Assembly: GCA_951804945.1 (NCBI GenBank)
Contig: OX638156.1
Coordinates: 44,516,001 to 44,580,000 of the forward strand
DNA: 64,000 bases
Direction of reading: 5' to 3'
DNA from: Podarcis cretensis
Lineage: Eukaryota
Shown here: piece by piece, positions 22,960 through 36,191 of the stretch
Numbering within the stretch: position 1 is the first letter of the stretch
How the letters are laid out: the number at the start of each line of letters is the position of its first letter
Notes under the pieces: model-generated
The model's input: only the letters and a program-made list of their open reading frames with translations
Database searches by the model: none
What the model was told of the DNA's origin: nothing
Program-made: the position numbers and the translations under genes

Positions 22960-23026
22960 CTACCCGGAGATGCTGGGGTTTGAATCTGGAACCCTGTGCT
23001 CTACCACTGAGGCACAGCACTTCCCA
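22960..23026 (-). mobile_element. Squam3-type SINE head fragment
   Basis: Reverse complement has CTCAGTGGTAGAGCA...CCAGATTCAAACCCCAGCATCTCC (A- and B-box-like motifs). Confidence 0.6.
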
Positions 23027-24117
23027 CAGAGTACAACACCTATATGCCTAGTGTAGAAAGCAAGAGGGCTGCAGTGGGAGCAAAATTCTCTATCCATCTC
23101 ATGATAGCCCTCAGCATGCTGGTTGCAGTAGTTGTTGCTGTTATTAATTCTACTTATTTACAAGACTTCAGTAACATAAGCAATAGTGTGTAAGTATAGC
23201 AACTTATGCTGGCAGATCAAGGCAAGAGAACTCCAGTATGTTCCGTTTTAAAGAGAAAGGCATGTCCTTACTGATGGGACAAAATAGAGAGGCATGGATG
23301 TAGGATTGATTGCATTGACTACCATTAAGCTGTAGACTTTGGCATACAGATAAACCTTCTAATATAGCCTGTACTTCGGGTTGATCAACACAAACCGACT
23401 CCCAATACCATAAAACAAACTTGTGCAACACATACAAATCAATTGATCACTTAGATTTTATTTGTGACATAAAAAGGAATTCCCTTCTTGGCTAGCTGCT
23501 CCATTGTGACTAAAAATGAAGATTATAACTGAGAAGGAGCTCAGAAAAAGAGTGGAGATAGAGAAGAACAACAACAGGGGCACACAACTATTTTGGGTCT
23601 GTACATTCTGTTCTTTTCTTCCACTGACTTCCATTTGCGGAAGAGGAAAGAGTGGAAGAAAGGTTCTTGAAGTGATTTTGCAAGACGGTGCACGCTGCCG
23701 CCTTATTGATAGCAGCATGCATCTGAGGAAACAAAATATTTTGCAACAAAGGGAAGCACTGAACTGAAGAGAAGCTAAAAGAGGCTTGAGATCCTGGGGG
23801 TGAAGGAAACAAGAAACCACAGCGCAGGGCCCCAGCCGGAATACACAGCAATGCCCTTTGAAAAAGTCTACTGCTATTCTGCTTATGTTATATACATGCT
23901 AACAGACCCTCAGCAGGATGTGAATAATGCCAAATGTGTGAAGTGCTTAAGTGACTTCAGATGGGGAGGGGAAGCCGTTGTTGCTCAACAACTTCAGGGT
24001 GATACAATGAAAGAAACTATACTCTAAGGTCTTTCCCCATAATTCTCAGTGTTTGTCATTGCTTCATTGGGCATATGCATCCAACATCAAACACCGGGCT
24101 TATATCTAGCACATAAT

Positions 24118-24243
24118 CAGGGCTTTTTATCAGCCAGAACTCAGTTCTGGCACCTCTCAGGTGGGCCCCATTGCCTTTATAAGAGAACAAGGGAGGTGCT
24201 AATGGTGAGTTCTGACTCCTCTTTTTCTAGCAAAATAGCACTG
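24118..24243. mobile_element. hAT-type MITE (126 bp)
   Basis: Inverted termini CAGGGCTTTTT / AAATAGCACTG. Perfect 8-bp TSD CACATAAT (24110-24117 and 24244-24251). Confidence 0.85.
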
Positions 24244-25522
24244 CACATAATCAAAACCTTCCCCCCCCCCCCAAGGTCTCTAAAGGTCTTCCCTCAGTCT
24301 CTAAAGACCAAAACAGATGCAATTTCAGATGCAACGGGACTGGATGAGGTTGAGTGACTAATTAAATGTTGCTTAAGAAAAGAGATGATGGTGGCTATAT
24401 AATTAGGTAGAAGGTGAAATTGGTGCTTAGTATTTGCAATGTATGAGAGAAAGAAGATGCAAGAGGTTACCATGGGTGGGGTTTGCATGCATGAGGGGTT
24501 GCACAAAAGAAGGGGGGAACATGAACATGGGTGAGAAAAGTGGCTTCAGAAATGGAGTTGGGAAGATAAAAACAAACTTGGTAGCTGCATGGGGTGGGAA
24601 GGAGAAGCTCTAGGGGGTTAATGTGGGGAAATGGCAGGGAGTTGGCAACCGAAGTGAGTAGGGGCACAGCCCCCAGTAAGCTGTCAAATCTGCCAATTTG
24701 GAGGAAGAGGCTCTCAAAACACTGGTCTTTATTATTTGAAAATGTGGAGTTTTGACTAGAATCTTCAGGCCCAGTGAGCTGTGTGAGAACACAAAGCCCA
24801 AGCACTGAGGAAAAGCTCTTTAGCCTAGAAGGCCCCAAAAGAGGCAGAATCATTGCAACTGAGAATGCTGAAAATCTCTACCTATTTGGTAAAACACATG
24901 GGTAAAACAAATCATTTGTGTTTCCAGGTCCTGTTGGTCACTTCAAGTGCTAAGAGCAATTTGGTTGGGATTTAAATGACAACGTTTACCATATCTCTTG
25001 AACTCCGCTGATTGGATCTTAATGTGTGTGGGGAAATGGAGATAAGTCATTACACTATATCAGATTGTACAATGGATCAATCTAGATCATATGTAACAGT
25101 AGCTCCATATCTATGTCCTGAAGTGCAAGTATTTTAAAATGTGAACTGCCAACACAGCCCCCCATAGTCCAGATTGATACTCAAGCATTGGGACCCTGTT
25201 ATGGTCCCAGTTTAGATTGGGAGCCTTCACACTGGCAGTTTAATAGTAGGGGAATGCTGGCAGGAAGAGCACTGGGATCAGCCTGGGGAGATGCCAGCAA
25301 CTTAGCAGAAAGGAAAAGAGAAGGAGGAGGGAAGGGAGAAGAAGGTCATATAGGAATCTGTGTGGTAAAGATACCTGAGTAGGGAAGAGGATTTGGAAAG
25401 AAGAGATGAGGAAGAAAAACAAACTGGAGAAAACTGTGAGAATGGAAAGTGGCAGGGCATGGGACAATAAAAGGACAGTAGGTTTGTTTCCTTGCTTTGC
25501 TGGTGTGTGTGAGAGAGAGAGC

Positions 25523-25573
<51 letters not shown>
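25523..25573. repeat. Tetranucleotide microsatellite (ACTA)12+
   Basis: Seen directly in the sequence. Confidence 0.95.
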
Positions 25574-25682
25574 GGTGTGCCAGGAACCTGTGCCTTATCT
25601 GTTGCACAAACAGCCCGGTCTGTTTTAGCCACAAGGTTCACAGACTGATCTGTATTTCTTAAGGGCTTGACTTAAATTTAAT

Positions 25683-26000
25683 GAATTTATTAATTATTTC
25701 TCCCAAAAAAATATTCCAGAGTGATGTATAAGAAATAGCATATTATAACAACAACAACAACAACAATATAAATCCCATAAACATATTTAAAACATGGTCA
25801 GAGCAAAAACAACCAATCATTGGTGCCAACCAAATGCCTGGAGAAACAAGCATATCTTTGGTGCGGAAACAACAACAACATTGGTGCTAGGCAGACCTCC
25901 CTAGATGGGATGCTACTACAGAAAAGGGAGGTTCTCTCATCACCACCCTCCAGACGTCCTTTGGATATGGCAAGCAGGAACAGGAAAGCTAAGCTGAAGG
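25683..26000 (-). mobile_element. L2-like LINE 3' fragment, degraded
   Basis: An A-rich stretch followed by AAATGCCTGG...GGTGCTAGGCAGACCTCCCT...CTACAGAAAAGG resembles the reverse strand of squamate L2 3' ends (recalled). Confidence 0.45.
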
Positions 26001-27062
26001 CCTCCACCTTTCACAGTTTGCTATCTCACACATTCACCCACCACAACATAAATCATGGACTGTGCTGACAGTGGCGCTCTATATGTGGTATTTTGTAACA
26101 GAAGCAAGTGGTTAACCGATGAAAATCCCACAGAAAGTGCAAGGGTGGGCTTCCGAAACAGGGTTCGATGAGGAGGCAGCACTGCCGCTTTCAGTGGAAA
26201 TGCAAACTGAAAGTAAGCTGCAGAGAAACCCACCTAAGACAATCAAAAGGCCAGCTCATTCAGTGCCAGATGGCACAATGATAAGGGGGGAAATGAAAGC
26301 AGTTCCTGAAAAGGCAGAAATCATTGGTTACGACATACCCTCTAAATGATCAGGGCTTATAAGGTGCAGTGGCTTTGTCTGCAGTTTGATTTCAAACTGT
26401 GCAGGCAAAAATGTCATCATCATGACACCAAGTGATTGACAGCTGAGAAGCCCCACCTACTTGTCAAACCTAGCCTATGCAGGAGGATGAGGGACATAAG
26501 GATCTGGCCCACTGGCTGGATCCAATTTTCCACATCTGCTCTACCATTTCATATTTAACAATAAAGGCCCTGTGGGATGTTGGGACACAAATTGAAGATC
26601 AAAGAAGACATTTTTTGTGAAGCCTGTTTTTTTTCTATCTTTCCACTCCTGGCAGTGATTTCAGCAGGAAGACAAAGAGTTAAACTTCTGCTCCCCATCC
26701 TCCACAGTCCGACAGCTGCTGAGACATCTCCACAGCTGCTACATACATTTTAGAAAATGCAATGTTAAATGCCTCCACACAATTAACGTCACATCTAGTT
26801 GGGCTCCCAGTGATTTTAGCCACTGAAAATTAGAACCATCTGCACAGTGTCTGCCAGCTGGGCTTTGGCCAAATACAGTAGAATTATCTGGGAGATTGCC
26901 ATTGCAAAGAGGGTGGCTATCTTTCCTTCCTGCAATGGGAAAAGTATCTACAACCCAACACATGAGGCTTTCTTTCTTCTTATAAGGCAGAGCAAAAGCT
27001 TCTTCATGTGTTTAAAACAACATGTGTGGGCTTAACCTGGGAAGGGGGTGTGGGCACAGAGG

Positions 27063-27467
27063 TGTGAGGGACCAGGAGTCAGATTTATTCTCCTCAGTTG
27101 ATGGAGTCCAGGATTTTGAACCAAAAAGGGAAGAGTATGCAGGACCAGCCCTGGAAGCACTCCAACAGGATGAGCGCCCCTCAAGATCAGTGATGTGGCC
27201 CTGCTGTCCTCTGACTCAGAGGATTCAGTTGCAGAAGACCCAGTGAGACTAAAGGCTCTCCTACTCTGCCACAGTAAGAGACTTCTGGAAAGGGCTGAGC
27301 CCCTTTAATAAAAGCAGCACCATGCAATGTTCCTCAGTCACACATGGAGCTCAGTCAGTTTGCTTCTGGCTGAAGCGACATCCATGTTTGTGGTTTTTTC
27401 CTGAGCCCTGAACATTACCTTGCCTTGCACCCAACCTGGGCCAATTTACATACCATATATCAGGACA
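27063..27467. mobile_element. Solo-LTR-like element
   Basis: TGTGAGGGAC...TCAGGACA termini, the same architecture as 16018-16654. TSD not convincing. Confidence 0.4.
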
Positions 27468-28602
27468 GGGGGTGCTGACTGCACCCCCAGCATCCTGTTG
27501 TGTGTAGACCCCTCATCCTCCTCTTCCAACCTTTAAACATTGAGTGAGAAAGTCTGCAGGTAGATGCTAACCATGATTAGAATCTTGACTCAGATTTTTA
27601 CATGTTGGGTGAAGATGGGGTGATGTGTATTGAGAAGTGGGAGCAGGCCAGCATCTGCACCCCTTACACAGTTTGAGTCCTCAAACGTTTTCTCAAAAGC
27701 CAGAAGAGGGTTGAAGTTACAAGAAGTTTCTAGAATTTTGGAGGGCTCGTGGACCAGCCAGCATTAAGAGATGCAGAACTGTCTGCAGTAGGAAGGTGTA
27801 TGTTGTTTGCGTGCAGATGTGCAAACCAATGCTGGCAGGTGAGATGATACAGTTTGTGTTTCAGAGCTGTGAGCAACATCACAATAGAAACCACACAAGG
27901 CCTCTGCAGCTTCAAACTCAGCCTTGTAGGTTGCAGTCAGGATGTGGCTACAGACAGTTTCCTGTGGCCAAGACTCTCCGGTTAATATAAAAAACTATAA
28001 AACAAAAATGAAGTGGGTAGACCAGCTCCCACTGGGAAATGATGGGAATTCAAGACAAAGGATATAGAAGGTCATGGAGTTTTGCCTCACAAGGCTCTAA
28101 ATGGAAAGTTTAAAGATTTATTAAGTCTGAATTTCCACTTATCTATAACAATTAACACAGCTTTGTTAATATTCACAGCTTCTTGTTACTAGAGGAATAT
28201 GATACTTTATTATATAGAGAAAATATAATTCAGAGTCAACCCCCTCCCCCCAAAAAAGAATCAGCACTAATTTCCCTGATACTAAATTATTTCAAATGTT
28301 TCATTAATATTGTCTCCTCAACACTAGTAATTGTGTTTTTTCTTATCACTTGCTTTTGCCACTCATTCCAAGTCTTCGTTGACTTACCCAATGCAAGTTC
28401 ACAGAAAAGAGAAAAAAAAAACACTGTGCAAAAACTATATCACTGGCACTGTCATTCAATCTGTTCATAACTACTGCAGTTCCCAGTCTCCTAAAAATAG
28501 GGTCTATCTCTCACAGAGGCTTTTATCCTGCAAACTACTATACAACACCTTTCAGTATGTCATTGTGGAATTCACCTATGGATTCTTGTAAGCAAATAGG
28601 GA

Positions 28603-28932
28603 TGTCAGGGCTGAACCAAAGGCAGCTGTCAGAGGTGAACCAGGGACTGGAAAACAGGATCCATGAACACAGCCAAGGGACCCAGAGCCAAGGGAGTGAG
28701 CTAAGAAATCAGAGCCAGGGACCAAGCCAGCTCACAGGCAGGGCAATGCTAAGGCTAACTGTGCACAACAAGAGAGCTGGGAAATGGATGATGCCAAGAG
28801 GAGCTCAACACATGAAGAACTGTGATGAAACCCAAAGCAGGAATGAAATAATCAGAGGCCTCATTGGAGCAAGAGCCTCTGGGTGACCTGAAGAACTAAG
28901 CCGAAAGGTTGTCAGATGTGCATTTCAAGACA
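28603..28932. mobile_element. Solo-LTR-like element
   Basis: TGTCAGGG...TCAAGACA termini with internal AGAGCCAAGGGA-type repeats. No TSD. Confidence 0.35.
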
Positions 28933-29826
28933 ATACAGAGGTTATTCATATTCAAGCAGAAATTTATTTCCTGTTGCTTTCCTGTTGTCTCTTTCTCCTT
29001 TTTAAATTGTTGCTAGCTTGCCTATAATTCTGGGGAAAATACTTTGAGCCACAGAAATACAGTTCCAGTTGTTTTATTCCATTAATCATCCAATTCTATA
29101 AGCTACCATACCACTGCATTATACACAGGTGCATAAAACTGGGCACAATGATTTAATGCCACAACTCACAATCCTGTACAGACAGAGACTAGTCCCCAAT
29201 CCAAGGTGTTGTGCTGGAAATGACCAATGTCCATTAGTGTTAGAGGCTCAAATACTTTAATCCACTGAAAAAGTGGCCTGAGAGGGACAGGGTGGGAAGA
29301 ATATTGAGAATAGCAGGGAAACTTCTCAAATGGCTGCTTATACTGGCCACAGTGTTGACTGACTTGTGTGCAGGATAAAAATGGGGAACTCAAATGGAAT
29401 ATTCTGGAAAAGGGCATGACTAACTGGCTAGTACCCTGAAAAGGAGCAGTTTTTTCATATTAGGTCTCATTAGTGGTTAAATAAGTATAGAGGTATTTCA
29501 GCTATCAGGCAGTGTTGAAATACAGACCACTCCACTGTGCAGAACAGTGTAAAAAGGCAAAGATTCTGGTAGCATTCCGCCAATTCACATCCTAATAATA
29601 ATAACTATTATTATAATAATAATACAAATCCCCTGTGTTTCTGCTGTAGACCAATTACATTTTTCTGTAATGCTTGAAGGTTATGGTGAGTGTCTGAAAA
29701 CACTCTGTTTTCAAATACATGAATTCAGGGCAACTCCTAAAAATAGGTTTGGGGTGGAACAAAGCGGTGACAAAGTCTGTTCTTAGCGGAGCAATTATTT
29801 AATTCATCCTATATAGGACTTTAATC

Positions 29827-30051
29827 CACTGGTGGAGGAAGAAGAGTGCGGGGGGAGTGCACCACCCCCGGCAGTGCAATCCCGGTGGGGTGCTATTGCA
29901 GTTGCACCCCTGCCTGCGCTGGGCGTCACACCCCCAGGACACGTGCCACGCCCCTGCGGGCAGCGCATGATGCCCCCAGGATGTGTGTCAGCCCCGCCTC
30001 CACCTGCTCTCCGCCCCCCCCCCGGTGCCAGAGCATGAAGCTCCGCCACTG
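29827..30051. mobile_element. GC-rich hAT-type MITE (225 bp)
   Basis: TIRs CACTGGTGGAG / CTCCGCCACTG (9/11). 8-bp TSD CTTTAATC / CCTTAATC. Confidence 0.85.
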
Positions 30052-30949
30052 CCTTAATCTACTATATCTGAGAGATTGAGAAGTAGGCAATATTTCAAGC
30101 GACTATCTATTACCTCTCACTAACTTCTGAAGTCTTTTCTGCACGAATACCCTTCAAATGACAGTGGAAAAAATATGGTTGAACCAGTGAAAACAGGAAA
30201 AGAGGCCCCATTTGTTGTGGTGATGTGTTGGATCTAGAAGATCCTGACACCTGCACTAGTTGCTCAAGAACAAATTCCGCTTCAACTTCTAAACAGCATG
30301 TGAAGTTTAAGGAAGACAGCCAAACAGGAGTTTTCTGTTACTGCCGACTAAGGTGTTCCCTCTCCTAAGGGAATCCTGGAATCAAATTTTCTAAGAGAGA
30401 TCTTCAAAGAGCTTGTTCAGCACTCAAATGACCTCTTCTTGTTATTTTTGTCAAGGCCTATGCTTTTGCCAGCAAATCCTGCATCCTGGACTTAACAGAA
30501 TGGTGGTCACCTCTCCAGACTACCTGGAGCCCCAAAAGGTAAATCTATATACTGTGGCTGATTGAGGTGAGTGTTTGTTACAGCCTTTATGAATTTAATA
30601 GACACCAAAAGCAATGTATTCCCAAGCAGAGGACAAAAGGACGGTGACACAACACGCTGTACAGTTACATTTGCATATAGAGGCTCATTTTGTCATTCTG
30701 AGGCAGCATGTTATAGCTTAATTTACTAAACTAAAGGAAGGCGGGGGGAATACAAATCTTCAATATTTGCAACCTACCCAGTTAAATGTTCTTGATCACT
30801 AATAAAGCAATTTTTCAAATTATGATTTTAAAAACCCACAAACATATTTCAAGTGGTACTTGGTAAATTTTCTCATTTAAACTTGCACAAGTTTTAACAC
30901 TCTGTAATCCACTTCAGTTGAAATAGAAGCAACTTTCTATTTATTTTTA

Positions 30950-31450
30950 ATACTGTTTCAATAATTGCCTAATTCTTCTCAATTTCTTTCAATCCTTAAT
31001 TCAATTTCTTTGAAGGTCTCCTTTATTTTTAGGAATTCCTTCAAAGTGCTATCTTTTTAAAAATCTCTGTTTCGTTCCATATCTTCAATTTTTGACTTTG
31101 CTAGTTATTTTGGTTATTTTCCATGCTATTTTAACTATGCTGAGAATATATAGAACTGGCATTTGTTTGTCCATAGGAATACATCTACTGACACAATGTA
31201 ATAATCACACATCCAGATTACTTTCTTCCTTTAGTTGGAATATTTTGATAATTATGCCCACTACCAAGGTGCCTTGCAACATTCCTGCCGCATTTGATTC
31301 TGATATATCTAACATTTTCATTCTTTAACTATATATTTTCTACATTTTCAATCCCTTGGATGCCACTGTGTACTCGTTTTAAAGCAGTTTTCCTTATACT
31401 GACTGGCCATGGCAAAATGTTAACCCCCTTGCATACACCCTCAAACAGAA
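30950..31450 (-). mobile_element. Highly decayed LINE (probably L1 ORF2 C-terminal) fragment
   Basis: The minus strand is A-rich and gives broken peptides (SIRKTALKRVH; IIIKIFQLKEESNLDV*LL; VLYILSIVKIAWK) reminiscent of the L1 ORF2 end. A Gypsy integrase remnant is an alternative. Confidence 0.35.
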
Positions 31451-31534
31451 GTGACTATTTTAATATTTTATCATGGTCATTTATTTGATCATTTGTCATG
31501 TGATAATTTACAATGTATAAAAAATATGGGATTT

Positions 31535-31816
31535 GCTACCACAAGGTATAGTGATGGACACCAACTCGAATGGATTTAAAAAACGGATTGGACAAATTAA
31601 TAGATCAGTGCCTATCAATGGATGATAGTAATGATAACTATACATCTCCTCTAGGATCAGAGATAGTATGCCATTGAATACTAGTTACATGGGAACACAA
31701 GCAGAAGTGTGATGTTGTCCTTGTGTCCTGCTTCTGTCTTCCAATAGGACACCTGACTGGCATGTGTAGGGACAGAATGGATAGGGCTTTGGTTTGATCC
31801 AGCAAGGATACCTTCT
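31535..31816 (+). mobile_element. CR1 LINE 3' end, degraded
   Basis: GTGATGG..ACCAACT.GAATGGATTTAAAAAA.GGATTGGACAAATT (ORF2 end), followed by the 3' UTR ending TTTGGTTTGATCCAGCAAGG. Confidence 0.75.
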
Positions 31817-31894
31817 AAAAGAGGTATCACATTGCCAGAACAATGCACAGGCATACCATAGGTAACTTTAAGTCTTCATATGAAGCATTGAAAA

Positions 31895-32096
31895 TAGAAA
31901 GCTACCTTATGCCACTCAGACTGTTTGCACATCTAGGTCTTTATTGACTACTTTGAATGACAGTGATTCAGGGTGTGAGGCAGATTTCCTTTAACGCCTC
32001 TTGCTACCTGATCCTTTTAACCAGAAATGGTAGGAATTGAACCTGAGACCTTCTCCATGCAATGCAGGTACTCCATCATTCAGCTGCGGTGCTTCC
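31895..32096 (-). mobile_element. Squam3-type SINE, variant with an internal TTAAAAGGATCAGG insert
   Basis: Reverse complement has a tRNA-like head, GGTTAAAAGGATCAGGTAGC and the tail ATAAGGTAGCTTTCTAT. Confidence 0.7.
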
Positions 32097-33019
32097 TTAA
32101 AGGATTCATCCATCATCCTTGACCCAGCAAGGCTCTGCCACCATCACAGCTGTGTGTTCTGTTTAAATCTTTACTCCAGCTTCTCCTCACTTTGACTCAC
32201 ATGATAAGACAAACTTACTAATGTTTACTCAGTTTGCATTTCAACAGAGAAGACTGCTACTGTGAGAAAAGTCAACAAAAACTTGAAACCTCACATATGA
32301 ATCCATCTTGCACAAAACCTTGGAAGCCCTCCTTTGTGGTAGTAAGGTACCCATTGTTTAAAAATGTATTTTGGGAAGTAGCCCTCACTTTAGGAAGTTT
32401 AACTAATGGCACTGTCCATTAAAAAAAAAAATCAATATCCCAGGTTCCATTAACAGTTAACAATAGTCCAGTTATCAGTAGCAAAATGTGCTCACATTTT
32501 TACATGACCATATTCTGCCAACAGCATGTGATAAATAACCTAGCACTGTGTTGTTCACAACTGCATAATTATGACTGATTGTGATTATGAATGACTAACT
32601 AAGACAGATGCAAAGTGTTTCTATATTGGTTTAAAAGGGAGGAAATCAAGGTTCATCTGCTCATAAAATAATGTTCTTTTCAATACTTTCTGATTCATTT
32701 GGCACAATTTCTGGTGTTAACTGGTTATACCAAACATTGGTAATAGTGCTAAGTTTACAGACATTATAGATTGCAGAAAATCATTTGCGAAATCAACATG
32801 ACATCCATCAGCCTTACTGGGAGGCAAGTGGAAGACACTGAGAATGAACATAAAATGCTACTGCTGTTTGACACATCAGTCCTCAGATGGTGTGTAACTC
32901 CAGGATCATAGCCACAATGTAGTCACAGAGAAACAAAAATAAAGTATCAGCATGCTTCAAGGTTTGCACTGAGCATGCTCAGTAGCCACGGCATAGTTCC
33001 AAAGTCCCCTTTGTTAGAA

Positions 33020-33238
33020 CAGTTGTACCTTGGTTGTCAAACAGAATCCATTCGGGAAGTCCATTCAACTTCTAAAAACGTTTGACAACCACGCAATCGG
33101 CTACATGCAATCAGAAGCTGCGTTGGACGTTTGGCTTCCAAAGAATGTTTGCAAACTGGAACACTCACTTCTGAGTTTGCAGCGTTCGGGAGCCAAAACA
33201 TTCAACTCCCAAGGCATTTGGCTTCCAAGGTACAACCG
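33020..33238. mobile_element. Tigger/pogo-like (Tc1/mariner) MITE
   Basis: TIRs CAGTTGTACCTTGG / CCAAGGTACAACCG (13/14). TA on the right flank, AA on the left. Confidence 0.8.
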
Positions 33239-33699
33239 TATTGTTAACCATCTTTATGGATCCTAAACTGGTGTGGCGAATGGTGGCTGCTAGGATGCAG
33301 GATGCCACTTAAGTGAATTCTCTCTCAGGAGCTGGTATACCAACATTTGGAAAAATTACAGCCACAAGATCAACCTGACACATTCAAAAGGACATGGATT
33401 CGTTTTATTTCCTTCGACAATTCAGCTGATGATGGCATTTGCCCCTCCCCCTCCAAAATTAGGAATCCTTTTGGAAGAGATCATAAACATGAACTTAGAC
33501 TCTAACTTTTGGTGGTATTAAATGCTGTTTTGGTGGTATTAAATTTGCTTCTTTTTGCCACCATCATTATATATATGTGTATTGACAATAATCTGATGTT
33601 GTATGTGATTGACTATCCTATTTGTTTGCTTCCATTTTATTATCCTGTTGTTTGTCCATGTCTGTTCACTATTAAAAATAATTATTTAAAAGATGCATA

Positions 33700-33795
33700 T
33701 GCTAGCCTACCTCAAAGGGTTGTTGTGAGGATAAAATGTGGCGGGGACAAACCATGAATTCCGCTGAGTTTCAGAGTGGGCTAAAACTGTAATAA
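33700..33795 (+). mobile_element. Old CORE-SINE (MIR-like) 3' fragment
   Basis: CCTACCTCAAAGGGTTGTTGTGAGGATAAAAT is the MIR/CORE motif. Confidence 0.6.
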
Positions 33796-33879
33796 CTACA
33801 ATACTTCCTACAAGGTCTCTTGAAGAGGCAGGTAGGTCATTATTTTTCAAAAAGAAAGAAAGAAATCAAATACAATTTA

Positions 33880-34050
33880 TATGGAATGTTTTACATGCAG
33901 AAGGATCCCCATTTAATCCCCAGCATCTTCAGGTAGGGCAGGGAAGTATTCCTGTCTAAAAACCTGGAAAGCCATCACCAATCTGTGAAAGCAATAGTGA
34001 GCTAGATGGATTTATGGTCTGACTCAGTATAAGGCAGTTCTGTATATTCT
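33880..34050 (+). mobile_element. Squam3-type SINE
   Basis: CATGCAGAAGGATCCCCATTTAATCCCCAGCATCTTCAGGTAGGGCAGGGAA...GAGCTAGATGGA...GGTCTGACTCAGTATAAGGCAGTTC. Confidence 0.8.
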
Positions 34051-34394
34051 GCCAGTCAGCCCCAATCTCCCTCTTGCCTGCCCCTGATATAAAGCCCGGC
34101 ATGCAGCTGCGTATTAGAAAATGTCCTCTGATAAATCGGCAGCAGGCAGCACCTACACCACTGCCCGTCCTTCCTGCCCACACTGTGTGCCTGACATGCT
34201 GAAAAGTTGCTTGAGAGCTGCTGGGATTTTCACTTGACCTGTGCTGTTTGCACTGCCTATTTCTGGAGGACCCATGTAGGTTCTGTTTCCTGCTATCCCA
34301 GTGTGCTAACTAAGTCATTGCTTTATCCTGAGCTCAAGGACATCTCAAATATCCAGGAATAATTTAGATCATACATCATATATTGTCTGTGTAT

Positions 34395-34395
<1 letters not shown>

Positions 34396-34441
<46 letters not shown>
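34396..34441. repeat. (AG)23 microsatellite
   Basis: Seen directly in the sequence. Confidence 0.95.
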
Positions 34442-34444
<3 letters not shown>

Positions 34445-34774
34445 GTATATAATCTTATCATAGTTCCTTATTCTGATCTAAAGATCACACACAACACCTT
34501 CCCTCAGTTTTAAGGGAAAGCTAGTTTCTTACCTTAAAGTAAATTACTTTCTTCCCTAGCACTTATAAAATAGAGTGATGAATAGAAAGCTACATTAATT
34601 ACTTCTCCCATGCTTACATATCACAGACCCAGCAACACCACATGGCATCCATGGGCAAGTGCTGAGCCCAAAGCAATCTGGCAGATCTGCCGTCAATACC
34701 TCTGCTGGCCCCCTTTATCCCCCCCCCCGCCCCCGCACCAAACCAGGCAGTTGCCCTTTCCCCACACTGCTAGA

Positions 34775-34858
34775 AAGGCTACAGTTCAGTGGATAGAGAA
34801 CCTTCTTTGCACACAGAATGGCCCAACTTCAGTCTCTGCCATGTCTGGGTAGGGCCAT
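34775..34858 (+). mobile_element. Squam3-type SINE head, degraded
   Basis: GGCTACAGTTCAGTGGATAGAG...CTTTGCACACAGAA...GGTAGGGC. Confidence 0.55.
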
Positions 34859-34987
34859 AGAAGACATCAGGTACACAGTATTATCAATGAATAGCCCTAC
34901 TCCTCAACCCATAAGTAAAACATTAGGACATAAAATCTGCATGGTAAGGCAAGGCAACCTTACTCTGACACAGAGGCATATTTCTGA

Positions 34988-35151
34988 TGGAGATGACAAC
35001 CTTTTTTCTGCTGGGAGCCTCATTTTCTTAGGAGTAATCTGTTGGAGGCCACATATGAGCAGTGTGTATGGTCCGAGCCAAAAGTGGGTGAAGGTGAAGA
35101 CAAAGGTGGGGGGACGGGGACCACACCTTTACTTTCTTTTTCTGCCACCAA

Positions 35152-35201
<50 letters not shown>

Positions 35202-35317
35202 CTCTCTTTCTCTTCTCTCTCCCCCTTTCGCTCAATATTTTCCTCCTTGTCACCCCCATGAAATGAGGCCAAGGACCACAATAAAATGGATCGAGGGCTA
35301 CAGATTGCCTGCCTCTA
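34988..35317. mobile_element. Degraded hAT-like element containing a (CT)22 microsatellite (35155-35198)
   Basis: Candidate 8-bp TSD ATTTCTGA / ATTTATGA. The right end is GATTGCCTGCCTCTA. Confidence 0.5.
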
Positions 35318-35562
35318 ATTTATGACATATTCCAACAATACAAAAATCACAGGCATACATGTCTACGAGACTCTCATTCTTTATGGCCATCAGTCAACTG
35401 CTATATCTTAGGTTTGATACTAGTAGTATTCCGGTCTCTGACAAGATCCACACTTCCTCCCTTTGGTAGCTGCTGCCACTAAGGAGAGCAACTTTCTGCT
35501 CTTCTCGGTATCTAAATAAATTTATCAATGAAAGAAGGCAGCTGTGGTGGCTGCTGAGAAAA

Positions 35563-35606
35563 GCTGGAATCTCCTCAAATCAGAGCTGGAATCTCCTCAA
35601 ATCAGA
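35563..35606. repeat. 22-bp tandem duplication
   Basis: AGCTGGAATCTCCTCAAATCAG occurs twice in tandem. Confidence 0.9.
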
Positions 35607-36153
35607 CAACACGGCAGGAACTGAAACAACATTGATGGGATGGTAGAGTGAGGAAGCAAGAACAGTCCTCTGCTTTGCCTTGCCCAGCCCCTGTGCTGCT
35701 GGAGTATGCAGAGCACATAGCCCTGCGGAACTGCGGGCCCAGCAGAAAGGTGATGGCGGCTTCCAAAAAGGAGTGAGTCTTGCAGGCAGCAAAGGTTGCC
35801 GCCACAGATGTACAGGAGGTGAAGGAGATCTGGGCACTCTCTGCCCCTCTCTGGCAGAAACAGCACTGTGCTGGCGCCGAGGAGGCTGCAGTCTCCGCAG
35901 CTCCCTCATGCACCAGAGCCCAGCAGAGGAAAGGTGCGGTGCAGTGAGGCTTCTGCCACTGCTCCCTCTGTGCTGCTTCCACCCCAGGCCTGAGAGAAGC
36001 AGTGGAGCGGGCAGGTGCATGAGAGAAGTGGCGGGTCTGGCTGGGTGGCTGGTTGAGGGTGTGACAGAAGTGGCGGGGTGGGTGGGCAGGGGTGGTGGGT
36101 GTCCCATCCTGAAATGTTGGAGGGTATGTAAGTAGGCAACTTGAAACTCAAAG

Positions 36154-36191
36154 CATTGGCCTGACCCAGCAGGCTGTTCTTATGTTCTTAT
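36154..36191 (+). mobile_element. CR1 extreme 3' tail
   Basis: CATTGGCCTGACCCAGCAGGCTGTTCTTATGTTCTTAT. Confidence 0.6.

Noticed and set aside
25523-25573. Interstitial telomere-like repeat
   Set aside because: The unit is ACTA/TTAG, not TTAGGG, so this is an ordinary tetranucleotide microsatellite.
35580-36151. Longest overlapping ORFs (175 aa minus, 151 aa plus)
   Set aside because: This is a GC-rich stretch, probably the interior of a degraded hAT-like repeat ending TGTTGGAGGGTATG. Open frames on both strands reflect low stop-codon density.
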